In this document: positions 1 through 13,154 of the stretch, piece by piece
How positions within the stretch are numbered: the stretch's first letter is position 1
Layout of the letters: every line of letters starts with the position of its first letter
Origin: Lepidodermella squamata
Lineage: Eukaryota; Animalia; Gastrotricha
DNA: 64,000 nucleotides
Reading direction: 5' to 3'
Assembly (NCBI GenBank): GCA_047495785.1
Contig: JBLDXI010000001.1
Coordinates: forward strand, 2,170,001-2,234,000
Translations under genes and position numbers: made by a program
The notes under the pieces: model-generated
The model's database searches: none
Told to the model about the DNA's origin: nothing
What the model saw: the letters and a program-made list of their open reading frames with translations, nothing else

Positions 1-731
1 TCTGAGGTTCAGCCATAGATTTTCTCACTTTCAGTCGTGCAAATATTTCGACCCATTTTATTAATGCTTTCTTTCGATGCTACCTCCAAGAAAATAATCA
101 GAGGCTTTTAACTACTATCTCGAATGATGGTAAATGGTAATCAGCTTGCGAAATAGCAGCCACGTGTCTTACAGCCGGTGTGTGCGCGTGGCATGGCGCA
201 AAAAACAACCACACTAGTTTCGCGCGCGAAATCTGGCGACGACACATGACCCAACAGACAAAGCAGGTCGCGCGCCAACCTCTCCTATATAACCCGACGT
301 TAGGTTAACGCTAAACTTGTCGGCGGCAAAGATCTCAATTTTTCACTCTTTCTTTCATCGTTTTACATATATAGTAGCATGTTTTTTCGATAAAAAACTC
401 GATAAAAGCTTCGATAAAAAATCTTTTTATCAACGAAAGATCTCGCTCAGCTTTTTCACTGGAAGAAAAATCAACAAAAGTCTATAAAAAATTCTACCGA
501 CCAGCGTTCGATCGCACTGCCTTCGATTGGAACGGGCGATTTTTTACCGCCCCACTTCCATTCTGTAATTTATCCGAATTTTATACCACCGCCAGAAAAA
601 ATCGATCTCCGATTTGCCGACCGGTCCTTTTTAGGACCACAAGTTTTGCAAAAGTGTGCTATCTATCTAGCAAACCGATATTTTTTATTATGAAATAAAA
701 TTGAGTGTAAAAATATTTTTGAATAATTTTT

Positions 732-1070
732 TCAGCCGTTGAAAACATTTCCGATGACCTCGCCGACACGTTCCGCCTTGTGCGCAGCCAACGAGAGACA
801 AACGTCTTCATTATCGGCGTTGCACTCGGCCCACCTCGCCTTCCAGCACGTTTTCCAACAGCGGGTGACGCATTTTTCTCGGCAAATGATGTTGCAACCG
901 GTGTAGCAATCGCTGGTCAGCACGAGTGCGGCGTAAACAGCGGCGGCGATGAGCAGGGCGAGGATGAGGAGCATGATGAAAACGAGGCAACAGCACCGCG
1001 AACCGGCTCGCCGCGGCTTTTTCGGCTTCACGATTTGCTCGGTGCGATAGTACGTTGGCGGTGGAATCAT
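732..1070 (-). CDS. Small single-pass membrane protein with CxxxC-repeat Cys-rich C-terminal region
   Basis: 112-aa ORF: basic patch and CCC, a long hydrophobic stretch, then CYTGCNIICREKCVTRCWKTCWKARWAEC. Clear paralog at 2636-3049. Confidence 0.75.
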   Translation of the reverse strand: MIPPPTYYRTEQIVKPKKPRRAGSRCCCLVFIMLLILALLIAAAVYAALVLTSDCYTGCNIICREKCVTRCWKTCWKARWAECNADNEDVCLSLAAHKAERVGEVIGNVFNG

Positions 1071-2635
1071 CGGCTGTCGCGATGCGTCATGTCTAGTTAT
1101 TTTTTCAAATTTAAACTGTTATTCCAGAGAATTTTTCCGAAAATTTACTTGGCTGTGTATCCTTGACCACGGTAAATTTGATTAGACATCTTTAAAAAAC
1201 TATTGCTATATGGAAAAAATAAAATATTCAATTTGAAAATTAATCGATGCACCTTTTTGGTGGAATAAATTTCGGAAAATCGATTATGTGTTATTCAATA
1301 TTTCGTGCTATAATATCCCGTAAAATTCCTGTATTACGGGTTAGTTCAGTTTTGAAGCTGAAGAATGGTATCCAAAAGGTCTTTGAACCATGAATATTTC
1401 CAACTTTGATGTTCTTGATAAGAATTTGTACCTTCAATGCTGTTTTCCCGAATTTTAAATTTAAAAAAAATCCGGAAGTTTGGGATCTCGCCACTTCAAG
1501 TTTTGAAGCGTTCCAAGCTAATTTAAGTTGTTTCAAATGAAACCTAAAGCGCGCGTAAAATTATTTAATTTTTTTGCATGAAAATCCCACCTTAAAATAG
1601 ATTCATTATTGTGCATCGCAAGCTCAACTTTTCTCTGACTAAAAAATGGTCATGAAAATTGGTGTAATTACCTATAATTACCTCTCGGGTCGAGAAGTGC
1701 AAAATTTCAGTAACAAAATTGAAACGTAGAAACATGAGTTAGCTAATAGTTAATGGATATCAGAGTTCATAAAAGTCACGAACTCGCTTTAGATTCACTA
1801 CAGAAGTTTCACTATAAGGTGTTGTAAAACTCAGCGCTTGATACTAGGTTATAAAGATGAAAACGATCCAAGTTTGTACTTTTTGGCATTCCATTGACAC
1901 TGCGCATAGAGATGAGCATTACAGATTGAAAAGTTTAGGGCAAAGTAGTAAGTAGAAAAAATGATAATAAAAACATTATGAATACCTGTGAGTGAGTGTT
2001 CATGTGGGATCAAAATAATCCCGAGGAAAAAGTGTTCTTTACACGGCAAACAGACCGAAGAACCAAGTGCCACATAATATATTACGCCGGTCAAAAGGCG
2101 AAAGCTCCGTGCAAATTTCGTCAAACGAGTTTTTTCACATTACAAAAATAAAGAAATAAATACTGATATTTCAACGTTTTTGAGGAGTAAAAAGTATACA
2201 TATATAGCAGTAATAAAACAGCCAAGCGGTGTGTTTTTGGTAGCGCCGATGTACCTGCCTGCTGAAGTTGTGCCTTGTCGCGATTCTATTACATTGTCTG
2301 TATATGTGCCACTAATAATAATAATATTAATATTAATGCCTTTGATGCAAAAAAAACGGCGCAGTATGCGTCATGCCTTCTGGAAGCTGGCTAAAACACG
2401 CCACCGTGTGCACACCTGTGGTAGCAAACTGAAATACAACGACACTATGATTCATCCAAATCAGCTGAAAAATATGCTAAAAAAGATTAATGCGGATAAA
2501 AATTTCGAGAATCATCACCTTCCTAATATTTTATTATACACTGGATATTTAATATCTTCAGACATTAATATTTTTGATGAGTTCGAAAATGATGACTAAT
2601 TGACAAGGTAAAATGGCTAAAATATTTTTATTCCA

Positions 2636-3049
2636 CTAGCCTTCCAATGCTTCTCGCATTCCTGATATAACGTTGTCGATTTTATCTGCTGCAATGCCGA
2701 GACACACATTTTTACCTGTGGCGGGAAAAAAATATTAACAATTTTGTTATGATTGCGTTTTTTTACCATCATCTGGGCATTTAGCCCATCGAGCTTTCCA
2801 GCAGACTTGCCAGCAAGAGTTGACACAGCTTGAGGTGCAGATCTTTTGGCAGCCTCTGAAGCATGGCGAAGTGACAACTAGTACGCAGTAGATAACGGCG
2901 GCGAGGCTGAGCAAAGCGGCGGCGATCGAAAGCCCGATGCAGATAAAGTGCAGCGTACTGCCGAGCGGTTTTGCTACGCGCACGCCGCTGTCCCGAATTA
3001 GGTCAACTTCTTCGGGAATCCGATACCGCTCCATATTGGTATCGTACAT
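2636..3049 (-). CDS. Paralog of 732-1070 (TM + CxxxC repeats), two exons
   Basis: Contains CFRGCQKICTSSCVNSCWQVCWKARWAKC. A 51-nt GT-AG intron (2716-2766) splices to GKNVCLGIAADKIDNVISGMREALEG*, which aligns with the paralog tail EDVCLSLAAHKAERVGEVIGNVFNG. Confidence 0.75.
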
Positions 3050-4134
3050 TCAACCGGGAAAAAAATTAGCAACTATTTGCTATACATATCAGAATATTGC
3101 AAAAAATCAATTAATAACAAGGGATAAAATAATTTTATGCGTTGATTGGGAAAGATGAAGAGAAATAAAAAATTTCTTTAGAAATTAAAAAGACACAAGA
3201 AAACCTTCAACAAAGCTTGGGCTAAAATCCCTCCATGTTTTACAGCTAAACAGAAAAATCTGCCACGACTGATAAATTTGACAAGATTAATGATTTTTCC
3301 GATTCGATTTTTCCTACGCAAGTCGGACAATGCTATGGAGGTGAAATACGAAAGGTGAGAAATGCCAATCAGATTGCTAAAATAACAGATATTACGCCTC
3401 GAATCGAAATTTTATTGCCGAAAATAGCTGAATATTATTGGAAATGCCGCCTGCGCAATAATTTTAGCAAGAATTCGAAAAAAATGTAATCAATATGCGT
3501 AGTTAATAATTGCCAAGGGTCTAAAAATAACAAGCCCCAAGATGAAACGGATGGAGTGGGGTATAACGCCCAACACTACTTTTGTTGTTATATAACGTAA
3601 ATTACCTAGATATGTTTACGAATGATCAGTATTATTTTTTTCTTGCTGATTCAGGAGCTGGCAAAAAATGCGGATTATACGCGCATACTTTCCTATCATT
3701 TGCAAAGCGAAGAGTGACAAATACCAAAACAAGGTAATAACTGGGCTATTGCGGACACAAAAAATTGCCCTATCTTACTCGCAAGTTTAATCAAACATGC
3801 GTTGAATGTTTGGTAAGATGTACTAATTGTTTTATTTTTAAATGAATTTCACGTCATCAAAATTGGCGCTAATATACAAAAAAATATTATTGGCTATTGG
3901 CTTGTCTTCCTCATTGATATTAAAATTTGCGGCAGTTGCCGAGATGAAATGGAAACCGCGTCGATTCGTCTCAGGTCCCATCGCGGCTTCGGATTCGGCT
4001 AAAAACCAACTAATGAAACCGATCAATATTGTGACGCAAATTTATTGTCCATTGCAAAAAATTCCATTTATCTTTGACCGAAGACAAAAAACGGATATAA
4101 AAAACTGAAAGAAAATGAATATGTTGTTAAATAG

Positions 4135-4574
4135 ACGACGTTGAGTTCAACGGACCATTTCTTGGCGGACCACACTTATTACCCCTTATATCCTAGTCAT
4201 GGATACCATCGAAGTGTGCCACTTGAGTGCCAAGTGCGGCAAGGTGTGGCGCTTCTAATGAGACCAATTATGACCCAAATTAGCATTCCATCTTAATAGG
4301 GGGCTGCTTTAAACAGAGCGGTCCGCTAAACCAGGGTCCGCTGAGCTCCAAAAACCCCGGCTTTGTTGAACTTGGCGGACCCAATTTAGCGGACCAAATC
4401 AAGTTGTAGTACTTGGATGTTTGCAACCGCCAGAGTGAGGCTAAATAGCTCAGGTGTGTATAGTAGGTCATTGGATGGCACTTTTCATGGGGAATCGACT
4501 AATCATATGGCACACCTCCGACCTAGTCCGAAACACTGGTCCGCTAAAATTTGGTCCGTTGAACTCAGCGACGT
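4135..4574. mobile_element. MITE with ~23-bp TIRs and 9-bp TSD (Mutator- or Merlin-like by TSD length)
   Basis: Ends acgacgttgagttcaacggacca and tggtccgttgaactcagcgacgt. Direct repeat gttaaatag at 4126-4134 and 4575-4583. Internal gcggacc/ggtccgc repeats. Confidence 0.8.
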
Positions 4575-5277
4575 GTTAAATAGCATAAAATGAGAATAAA
4601 TCTCTGAAAATCCACGTGGAAATTAATCTGCCAACATTTTATGCAACCAAAAGGAATTATAATTTTTGCGCTATTTTATTTGCATTTTTTGCATGTAAAT
4701 CGATCAGTTCAAAACTTGGCGCGCGCGGGAAAATTCTACGTCCATTTGGTAGAATAAGGACTATCTCGCTGCATTCTGAAATTCTTGCAGCCGGAAGAGG
4801 AGGGCGTGGTTTCCCATTCCTATTAATACCTTCTCTGCAAATTTAATTCCTTGAACTCGCTGAGCCTATCACAGATCTAAGCTACATCTCCGTGGGTGTC
4901 TGCTCGAAATATCCTAATCGTCACGCGCCGTTCGTTAAGAGCGGCGCCTAACGTTCGAAAAAACGCAGAATATATCGACTTGTTTACGTAAAAGCGAATC
5001 TTTAGACAGCGCGATGTTCGTGCGAGTCTTTGATCCTATTCGGCTTCAAATGTCACAAGCAGACTATACTTATACCAATCGGCGTTAAGGTTACATTCAT
5101 CTTGTTTGAATAGCTCAAAGTGAAGTTTTGCCGGAAGTTTTTCGCAGCCAACGTGCTCGCGAAGGCGATGACACTTTACACCAGGGGCGGATGAGCGGTT
5201 TCGCCACTAAAACGTCTTTATCAGTTGTGAATATTTTCACGAAAATTTTAGGTTTCATTATTTTGCTCGAAAATAAT

Positions 5278-7783
5278 ATGTTTTTAATTTCACTTTCCCT
5301 GGTCATTTCTGTCTTCGCGTTAAATGTTTTATCAGCTAAGGACTACAAACTCCATGTCCTAGCTATGGTCCCATATACCGGCAACGAGCCTAGGAATGGC
5401 GTGATTTGCGAAGCTGCGATGAAAATCGCTGTCGATAACGTCAACTCAAGGTTGGACATGTTGCCAAATTACGAAATCAAAGTCACATACGTCGATGAAG
5501 CCGCTGAATCGCGAAACGCCCCGCGCCATTTCAGCAACTTCGCTACGTCTTTCATCGACGGAAATCGAAGTGATGGCTTCATGTCACCCGTTTACGTTGG
5601 CAACACGTTCATCTGCGAAAATGTCGCCGGGGTTGTCCGGCAGTTCAACTCGATTCAAATTTCACCGAGTTGCGGCGCGGTTAAATTCACGGCAAATCGT
5701 AAAGAATTCCCGAATTTGTACCGAAATAGGATTTCTTACGAAGCGCTGCCGATTGCTCAGATCGCCTTTATGCAAAAAATAGGCGGATGGCGGGAGTTTG
5801 CGATCATTTCATTCGGCGGAATTCCGAATCAGTTACGTAACGCGTTTTGGTACTACACTGTTAGTTTAAGAGTCGGGGTCGACGTCCTGTGGTACAACAA
5901 CGTCTTACGATATAGATTCGACGATAATCGACTCACTTCGAGCGACAGATGCCAGGATTGTCGTAGTTATGTTTACGGATGTACCGAGACTTGTACGCTT
6001 TCTATGCGCGGCTCATGCTGGCGGGATTAGGGGATCGCAATTCGCCTTTCTCGCACTTCCTACCGCCTACTTTGACGCGGCTGGAAATGACACTGTCCTT
6101 CCCCCTGGGTGTACTCGAAACATGGTGATCGAGCAATTTAGAATCGTGCTATGGTTCGGGCCGTTGGAGGCGGCTTTTCAGAATAATGGAGTTTCGACCC
6201 TGGGCTACGACCTGGTTGAGTTCGAGCAGAAACTTGACGCAATTACGAATAAATCTCGAATTCAAGACTACATAACGCGACACCGATGCCACGATACGAT
6301 TCTCCAGGCTATCGTAACCCTTGACCAGAGTGAGAAAGTCCTGAACTCTAGGTACAATTTGAGTCTAAAAGACTTTAAATCAAACCCGGAGCTGGTGATG
6401 AATGTCGTTAATTCAACAGCTGGTAGCATTAGTATGGTTGGGCTTAGAGCCGGGGCTTTGAAGTACTCGAAGCGGTTAGAGGTCGACTACGAACCTCAAT
6501 ACGTCGGCCAGTGGATAAATGGAACGATTCGGTACACGCATAGCATAACTTACAAGGGCGAGGAATATGGCCGTTACACGGACTTTTCCGCGTTCGAACT
6601 CAAGGAATTCCAGCCGCTGATTTGGTCGACGAAAAACGGCAAACCGCCGAAAGATCTGTCAAATGTTCGCCACTTATTCGAAGGAATCTCGGCTGATCTT
6701 ACGATAGGTATCGTCGTAGTTTCAGTCCTAATAACTGCGGCTCAAATAATCGTTTGCGTTCTATTCCTGAGGAGAAATGTAGCGTCCCAAGTTATCAATT
6801 TCAACTCATTCGTGATTGCGGGGTGTTTAACCCTGAATGGGGCGTCAATTAGTTCAGTTATTCCGGGGAGCACTTCAGGTTCCTGTGTTGCTAAGCCTAT
6901 TCTTATCTCAACCGGATTCGCCCTTATCACGTCTCATATGTTTATTCGAATGATGTCGCTAATGCGATTTGCTTCGAAAAAAGCTTTCGCAAACTCACCT
7001 GGCGCGAGTCTGAAGACGAAATTTCGCTCTGTCCGCTTCCGGCCTATGTCGAAATTAACTACGGCAGCGAAGAAAAGCAGTGGCACTAGTGGGCTGAAGC
7101 GATCAACTGCCTCGTCGTCTACAGTTACAATGGCATCAGACGGAAGCGCTACGGCGAAAGCTGTCTCGCTAAAAATCAAGGCAATTGAATCCGCTGCTTT
7201 TGTCCTACTCAACACGATTGTCCTGATAATCTGGCTAGTTGCCATCGACCCTTTCACCTACGAACTTATCCGAACGCCGAAAATGTTCGACCCCGTTCTG
7301 CTAGATTACTACGATGTAACAACAGGTGTTTGCTCTTCTAAGTTTGAAGCGTTCTGGTTGATTGGCTTTCTAGTCGTTCACGTGATTTTAATGCTGTTCT
7401 CAATATTCAGCGCGTTCAGTTTAAAGCACGTCGCTTTTCACCTACAATCTCTTCAGCGCGAGTACAAATCATTGAGGATTATGATAACGAACGCGACTAC
7501 TCTGTCGCTATGCGGGGTTGCGATCCTCTTCATGTTAAGTAGCTTATCTATTGCGATCAAATCAGCCGTGCTCGCAGCTGGGTTGTTGCTGATATCTGTC
7601 TCAACAACTGCAATTGCGTTTGTCACCGCGGCTTCTGTTAGGGGCGACATAGCGGTTGAAGATATCAATGTCGGGGATGTTACGGTTAATATGACAGGGC
7701 TTAGTAAGCAAACAACGCAAACGAGATACGACACTAATCAACCGTCTGTTTTATCAAAAAGAGGAACAACTTCAGGCTGCTAA
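5278..7783 (+). CDS. Class C GPCR, GABA-B-receptor-like, with an apparent frameshift near 5905
   Basis: Signal peptide, Venus flytrap segments (VNSRLDMLPNYEI, FPNLYR, WREFAII, LRATDARIVVVMF) and a 7TM region (CVAKPILISTGFALITSHMF, CSSKFEAFWL, EYKSLRIMITN). Split across two overlapping frames. Confidence 0.8.
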
Positions 7784-8182
7784 ACTTGTGCTTTTATTGT
7801 TATATCACCAGAAATGTTTTGGCTATCATATAGCTGCCGGTGACACGGGAATTTGAAATAAAATGAAGTTTTTTTAAGGTTGATGAAAAGCTCGATTGTC
7901 CACGATATCGGATTGCCGTGACAACGCACAAATTAAAAAATTAAAAAATCCACCTCAATAATTGTACTAACATTTACATCTCTTGCTAAAAATTATATTG
8001 CACAGCAAATTCAAAGTCTGAAGCCATGTAGAAGGGTCAGGCAAATATAGACCGAACCTCCCACAAGTCTTTCGTCGCTTGACAGTCCGATATGGTTGGC
8101 AATCGAGTTTTTAATCATTATTTATCACACGAAAAACAAGGAGAAGAACTTCACGATTTATTGTTTTGGTATGTGTTGAGTT

Positions 8183-11100
8183 TTAATAGAAACATGTGAA
8201 TAGTTCCAGCCGATTAAAGCCTTCGGATGCATTGATAAGTACGAAGAAGTCTCGACCGACGTCGGTTTTAGCCAACTGTCCTGTTACCCACTCGTCGGAA
8301 TCTAAAAAAATATGAGGTTAAAAGTCAGATTCCAACAGAGTAGATTTAAAGAAAACTTCAAGGCGATTTGAATTAAGCTGGATTTTTAAAAAAATTTGCA
8401 TTTTCTCGGAGACGCTATTTGATAGCAAAATGACTAGCTTCAGCAAAGCTTTTCCCCTCCAATATTCTCATGCCTTATTTATGGTAAAGTTGAACTATTT
8501 ATAAAAGGGCACTCCTTTTACCGGAACCAAGTTTGCTGTAGCGGAACCAAATTTTGAAATTTTCTAGAGGCCTGAAATCACTTTTCAGATATTTCTTGGG
8601 TATCAAGATTGACCACAATAACTCTAGAAGAAAATCACCAGTAAATTCAGCGGAACATTCTCTTTAAGACAGAGTGTTCAATTCAGAAGTCATGCTTCGC
8701 CTAAAATTCGTAGAATTATTCAAAAATGACTCTTAACATATTTCGACTTCGGTTCCGCAAAATGCAAATTTGGTTCCGCTACAGCAAATTAGGTACAGCC
8801 TGATTTCCGCTACAGCATAGGCTCGATTGCCTTTAAACAAGCCGCTTGAATTATTCAAATTTTCGATTTTTTAACGTTTTCATCGCGGGAAAGCAAGTTA
8901 AGCAGTTTTTGTTTTCAGATTTGTACGGTTTCCTTCCACCCTCTGAAAGCCTTTTCTAACCCCGCGGAATCGCTTCATTCGCAGCGGGGGATGGAGTTAA
9001 TGCAGCTGATTTTAAATGGATGAAATTCAAGAATATGTGACGTGCGTAAAAAGCTTATTTTTCATTGCTGAGCTGTTCGAAAGACAACGCTTACATCCTC
9101 TACTTAACATTTGGAGGCAAAAGCCACATATTCAGGGCTGTGAAAGGTGAGTCTTGGAAACATTTGAATGGGCGATCCTGGCGGGCCAATTTTCTTCCAC
9201 AGGTAGCTCTTAGGTATGACTATAACGCCAGATAAAAGTTGACTCTTATGCGTGAGAAAAATGCAAATTTCCTTTGATCACAACCCTCATTGTTTTCAAA
9301 TGAAAATTTTAATTTTTTTTTATTTTTAAATAAAAAAAGCGAATTTTAAAAGTTTTTAAAGCGAATTCTAAAACGGAAATAATATTGCATACCTTCCCAG
9401 AAAGGCGCCCAGTCATATTCGGTCTGGAAAAAAACCGATAAAAATCAAGACATAAAAATTTAGCTATTAATTGTTCTTACCAAAGATGGCGGTTGACCTC
9501 TGCGAACGAACAAATCAGCATCTCCATTATCCGCGTAAATAGCAATATTGAACGAAGTCGCGCCTCTCGGTGCCGTAACAACATATTTCAGGCTATCGCC
9601 CTTCTTCGCCGACAGGTTGGGAATTTGTTCACAATTCGTACTCCGCTTGAAGGATCTTATCGAGTTGCTGCTACTGCTAAGCGCAACGCCGGACGCTCGA
9701 GTTGTAACCGCCGGCTTTCTAGTCGTACTTCTAGTGGTGACCTCATCACCATCATCGTCAGTGTTATCATCGTCTTCTTGCGAAAGTGTTGTCGTTCTTA
9801 CTTTCGTTGTTGATCTTGTGGTCACCCTAGACGACGGTGTAGTTCTAGCAGGTGTTTCCGTATCGTCGTCGGAATCGCAGTCTTTCGACTCGACACAGTC
9901 GGAAATATCGATACCGCCAGCTTTCCAAGCTGAAACTATCCCGTTTACGTCGCCGATTTCGAACTGCTGCGTTATTCTGATGACGTCACAACCAGCTTTG
10001 TACAGGGATGTATTAGGCTGCCACATCATCAGGTTGGCTAGGATCCAAGACCGGCCTGCTTTTTGAACGTTCCAGCCTCTTGCGGTTGCTTGTTTATAGA
10101 AAATGTAATTAGGAACCGCGCTGCAGTAATGCGGATCTTGGCAGCCCTAGAAAAAATGGATTCATTGAGATTTTCACTCAAAAATTTTTTAAGTGGGATC
10201 AAACCGCTTTTCCAAGGTTGCAAACAGTGCTGTCAACGTCCGGAAAAAACTGATCGTATCGCCTCTCCACAGTCATGTCTCGCAAAAAGGGAAGCTATTT
10301 TATAACAAAATGCTATCAAATTGCCAACATGAAATCAGGGGCACTTATATACCGCTTTAGAGCAACCAGAAGCGATTTTGAAATCGTTCTTTTTCGTCAC
10401 ATAGCTTTCAGCCATTTCTGCAACTGCGTCGGAAAATGCTGAGAGAAACCAATCAAATGATTGAAAATTTCGAGCGATAGTTAGATTTTTCTACCTTCAT
10501 TTAAGCAGCCAGATTCGCCCTCGTAAATTAGCTTGGATTTAATTGCTGTAACAGCATGCCCGATTTCATGGGCAACTACGTCGACACATGCCTAAAGATG
10601 AGTTAAAATTAGGCCTTGAATGAAACAGGAAATCTTTCAATCTCACGCTCAGTGGAAAGAATTGCGTGCTAGATCCGTCGCCAAAGTACAGATATCGTCC
10701 CTCCCAAAAGGCTATAATTTTCAATTAAAATTTTCAAACTTCGGAAATGACTGGAAAATACCATTATCATAAGCTGTTCGGTAATGAACGGCCAAATGAA
10801 GCTTTCCCGATGGTGTTAGCTGGGTAATATTATCGATACTGCCCCATTGTGGATCTTTCAACATTTCGGTAACTTTTATTCCGTGATAGAACGCATCTGA
10901 AAAATCGAAATAAAAATAATTGCATCGCGAAATTTCCACGAATTTTACCAGCTAGGGGTCCATCTCCACCTATAAAACATCAAAGAAGCTGAATCAATTT
11001 GAATTTTGTGCCCACTCTCTTACCGTTAATTTGATCGAAAATTCCTTTCGAGCAATCGAATTGAGCTGGGGTGTGCTTTGTCAAGTTGAGAAATTCGCGG

Positions 11101-12754
11101 GAAAATTTCATGTCGTAAACTCTGACGAAATCATCTGGGCTGACCAGCTGCCAAATCACCAGTTAAAATTGTTTCTAAATTTTCGCACTTTATTTACCTG
11201 ACATTTGTCGTTGCCCAACTCTTTAGCGGGAAGGCGATCTTTTGGAGACTGGCCGTAAACGTAACGACCTGCTTTAGGATTTCCACCCTTTGTATTCGCC
11301 ACGGCTACGTGAATGCCAGACCAAGACTTCAAAACCTGAAGAAAGCAATGGAATTTTGAGAAAATTCAAATGAGGCAAATCTATGAAAGATGACAAAATC
11401 GTGAATTTTCGTAATGAGGGCTAATTAAGCTTCGTTTTGAGACTAGATAAAACCGAGGATTTCCGAAGGCTCATAGGTTGGCAAAGTGATTCCGGATTTT
11501 CCTGAATTTTTCGATAATTTACCTGGTTTTCGGCAATTTGACACGTATTTGCTGAACTTTTCGCTTACACGAAACGCCTAAATTTGGGTCCAATTTTGAA
11601 AAGAACTAGGAAAAATAACCCATCAGGTATTTTAAATTCAAGAAAAATGAAACTATTTTTTGATTAATTCATCAAATATCAACAGATTTTATGGCCGAAC
11701 TTTTTCCGTAGATAGCCCTGCTTAAATCGCTGAAACGTGAGGGAATACATACTAGTGTTTATTTTTAGAAACTTCGCTTTGAGACAAATGTCAAACGAAA
11801 GTTGAAATTACCAATCATTTGCGCCAAAAAAATCCCGAAAAATTTAGCGGAATCCTGAAAATCACTAGCAAAAAATCTCAATTACCCAAGGTCACCTAGC
11901 TCAATATAACGCCGCATTATTTACGGAAACAAATTTCGATTCAAGTAATTCCTAAAATATTACCGTGTTGGTGTATGTGTCATACATGCAGTTGTACATG
12001 AACGGCAAAAGCGTTGAGCTATAAGTGCCGCGAAACTCGACCAAATCGACAAAGACGACATCATTCGCCGCATCCGGTGACGTCTGCTTGTCATACAAAA
12101 ATCGCGACGACGAATTCGTAACATCGATACCTTCAATTTTCGACCCTAGAGCTGTCGCGCAACGCGCAATCGAAATCTTCGGGTCAATGATAGCACGAGT
12201 CGAAGCTCCGCCCATAGCGAATTTTCTCGCAATCTCCCGATTCGGCCGGTTGACGCAGTTGTTACTGACAGCGGCCATAGACCGGCTGCTAGCCCGGTCG
12301 GGGATGAACAGAGCTCCGGAACTGCCGAACACTGGAACGCCGTTAATTAAATGATCGACTCGCTTTATTTTCGAACCATCCCCTAGTGTCACCTCAACAC
12401 CACTGTCGGGCAAAGTTTCACTCCGAGACGCCGCGGCCAGGCCGAAAATTTGGTTACGGGACGGGCCAACGACTTCATTCCTTAGACCACGAACTAAAAT
12501 TCGAATCGGTTATTATACATGATGAAATTAAAAAATCTCAGTTGACTTGAACTAAGGTTTGGCTTAGCTTCCTTAATCCTTCCATCCGGTAATTTTGTTA
12601 CAGAAGCACTGGTTGTCACATTTGCGGTGGTTGTTTGCTTAGAGCTTGGCTCGTAATCTTCATACTCATCGCCGTAAATATTGGTTTCGACTGGTTTCGA
12701 CGAAACCGAAGTTGCGGAAGTTGCTAAGGTTAGAAAGAGGATTAAGCCTTTCAT
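8183..12754 (-). CDS. M4 (thermolysin/vibriolysin-like) zinc metalloprotease preproprotein with C-terminal PPC-like domain, multi-exon
   Basis: Signal peptide; FTP-like RVDHLINGVPVFGS; mature start KSWSGIHVAVANTKGGNPKAGRYVYG; YDNAFWEG..FGDG; VVAHEIGH (10556-10570); ESGCLNE|AFSD; DPHYCSAVPNYIFY..GWNVQKAG..ANLMMW; PPC-like GDADLFVRRGQPP. About ten or more GT-AG introns; some exon boundaries are approximate. Confidence 0.85.
8531..8790. repeat. Degenerate inverted-repeat element of a GCGGAACCAAAT family, in the last M4 intron
   Basis: tttgctgtagcggaaccaaattt and its reverse complement aaatttggttccgctacagcaaa. The same motif recurs near 13680, 19300 and 39224-39465. Confidence 0.5.
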
Positions 12755-13154
12755 TTACTTATGGAGGTAATTGAGTGCTGGCTGCTTTGAGCCCTCTGCT
12801 CTGATGTAAGCTTTGAATTGTTTTTTTTTCATATTATCATGCATGACAATCTTTGGAGCATTCGAGTCGCAGTATCATTACAGTGTTTCAACAAAAAAAC
12901 GTGCGCGACAGCTACTGCAGGCAAATAATAATGACGATTAGATGAGTCTTGTTTCCTGTATACATCCTGCTTTTCCAGACTTTTCCAGAAAATAAAGATT
13001 TAAAAAAAAGCGTAAGGGAAAATTTTAATTTTCGCAACGAGCTGATAGTTTTTCGAGAAAATTGCGCTAGAATATGCATAAATTAGCGAAATGATGTGCG
13101 AAAAATTTGAGCATAATTTGAGCATAGTTGAAATTTTAAATTTCTCTTATTCCT

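Noticed and set aside
280-430. TATA-like cctatataa followed by three tcgataaaa repeats
   Set aside because: No plus-strand ORF or recognisable RNA follows, and the motifs are too short to support a call.
780-1166. 128-aa plus-strand ORF and the many similar antisense ORFs (e.g. 9548-10066, 23008-23520, plus-strand ORFs over ZF genes)
   Set aside because: Shadow frames of real genes on the opposite strand.
2180-2599. 139-aa ORF
   Set aside because: Non-ATG start, AT-rich low-complexity sequence and no recognisable motif.
4640-4740. Segment similar in inverted orientation to ~33590-33660 (aaaacttggcgcgcgcgggaaaattcta)
   Set aside because: Probably a fragment of a dispersed repeat; boundaries and class cannot be defined.
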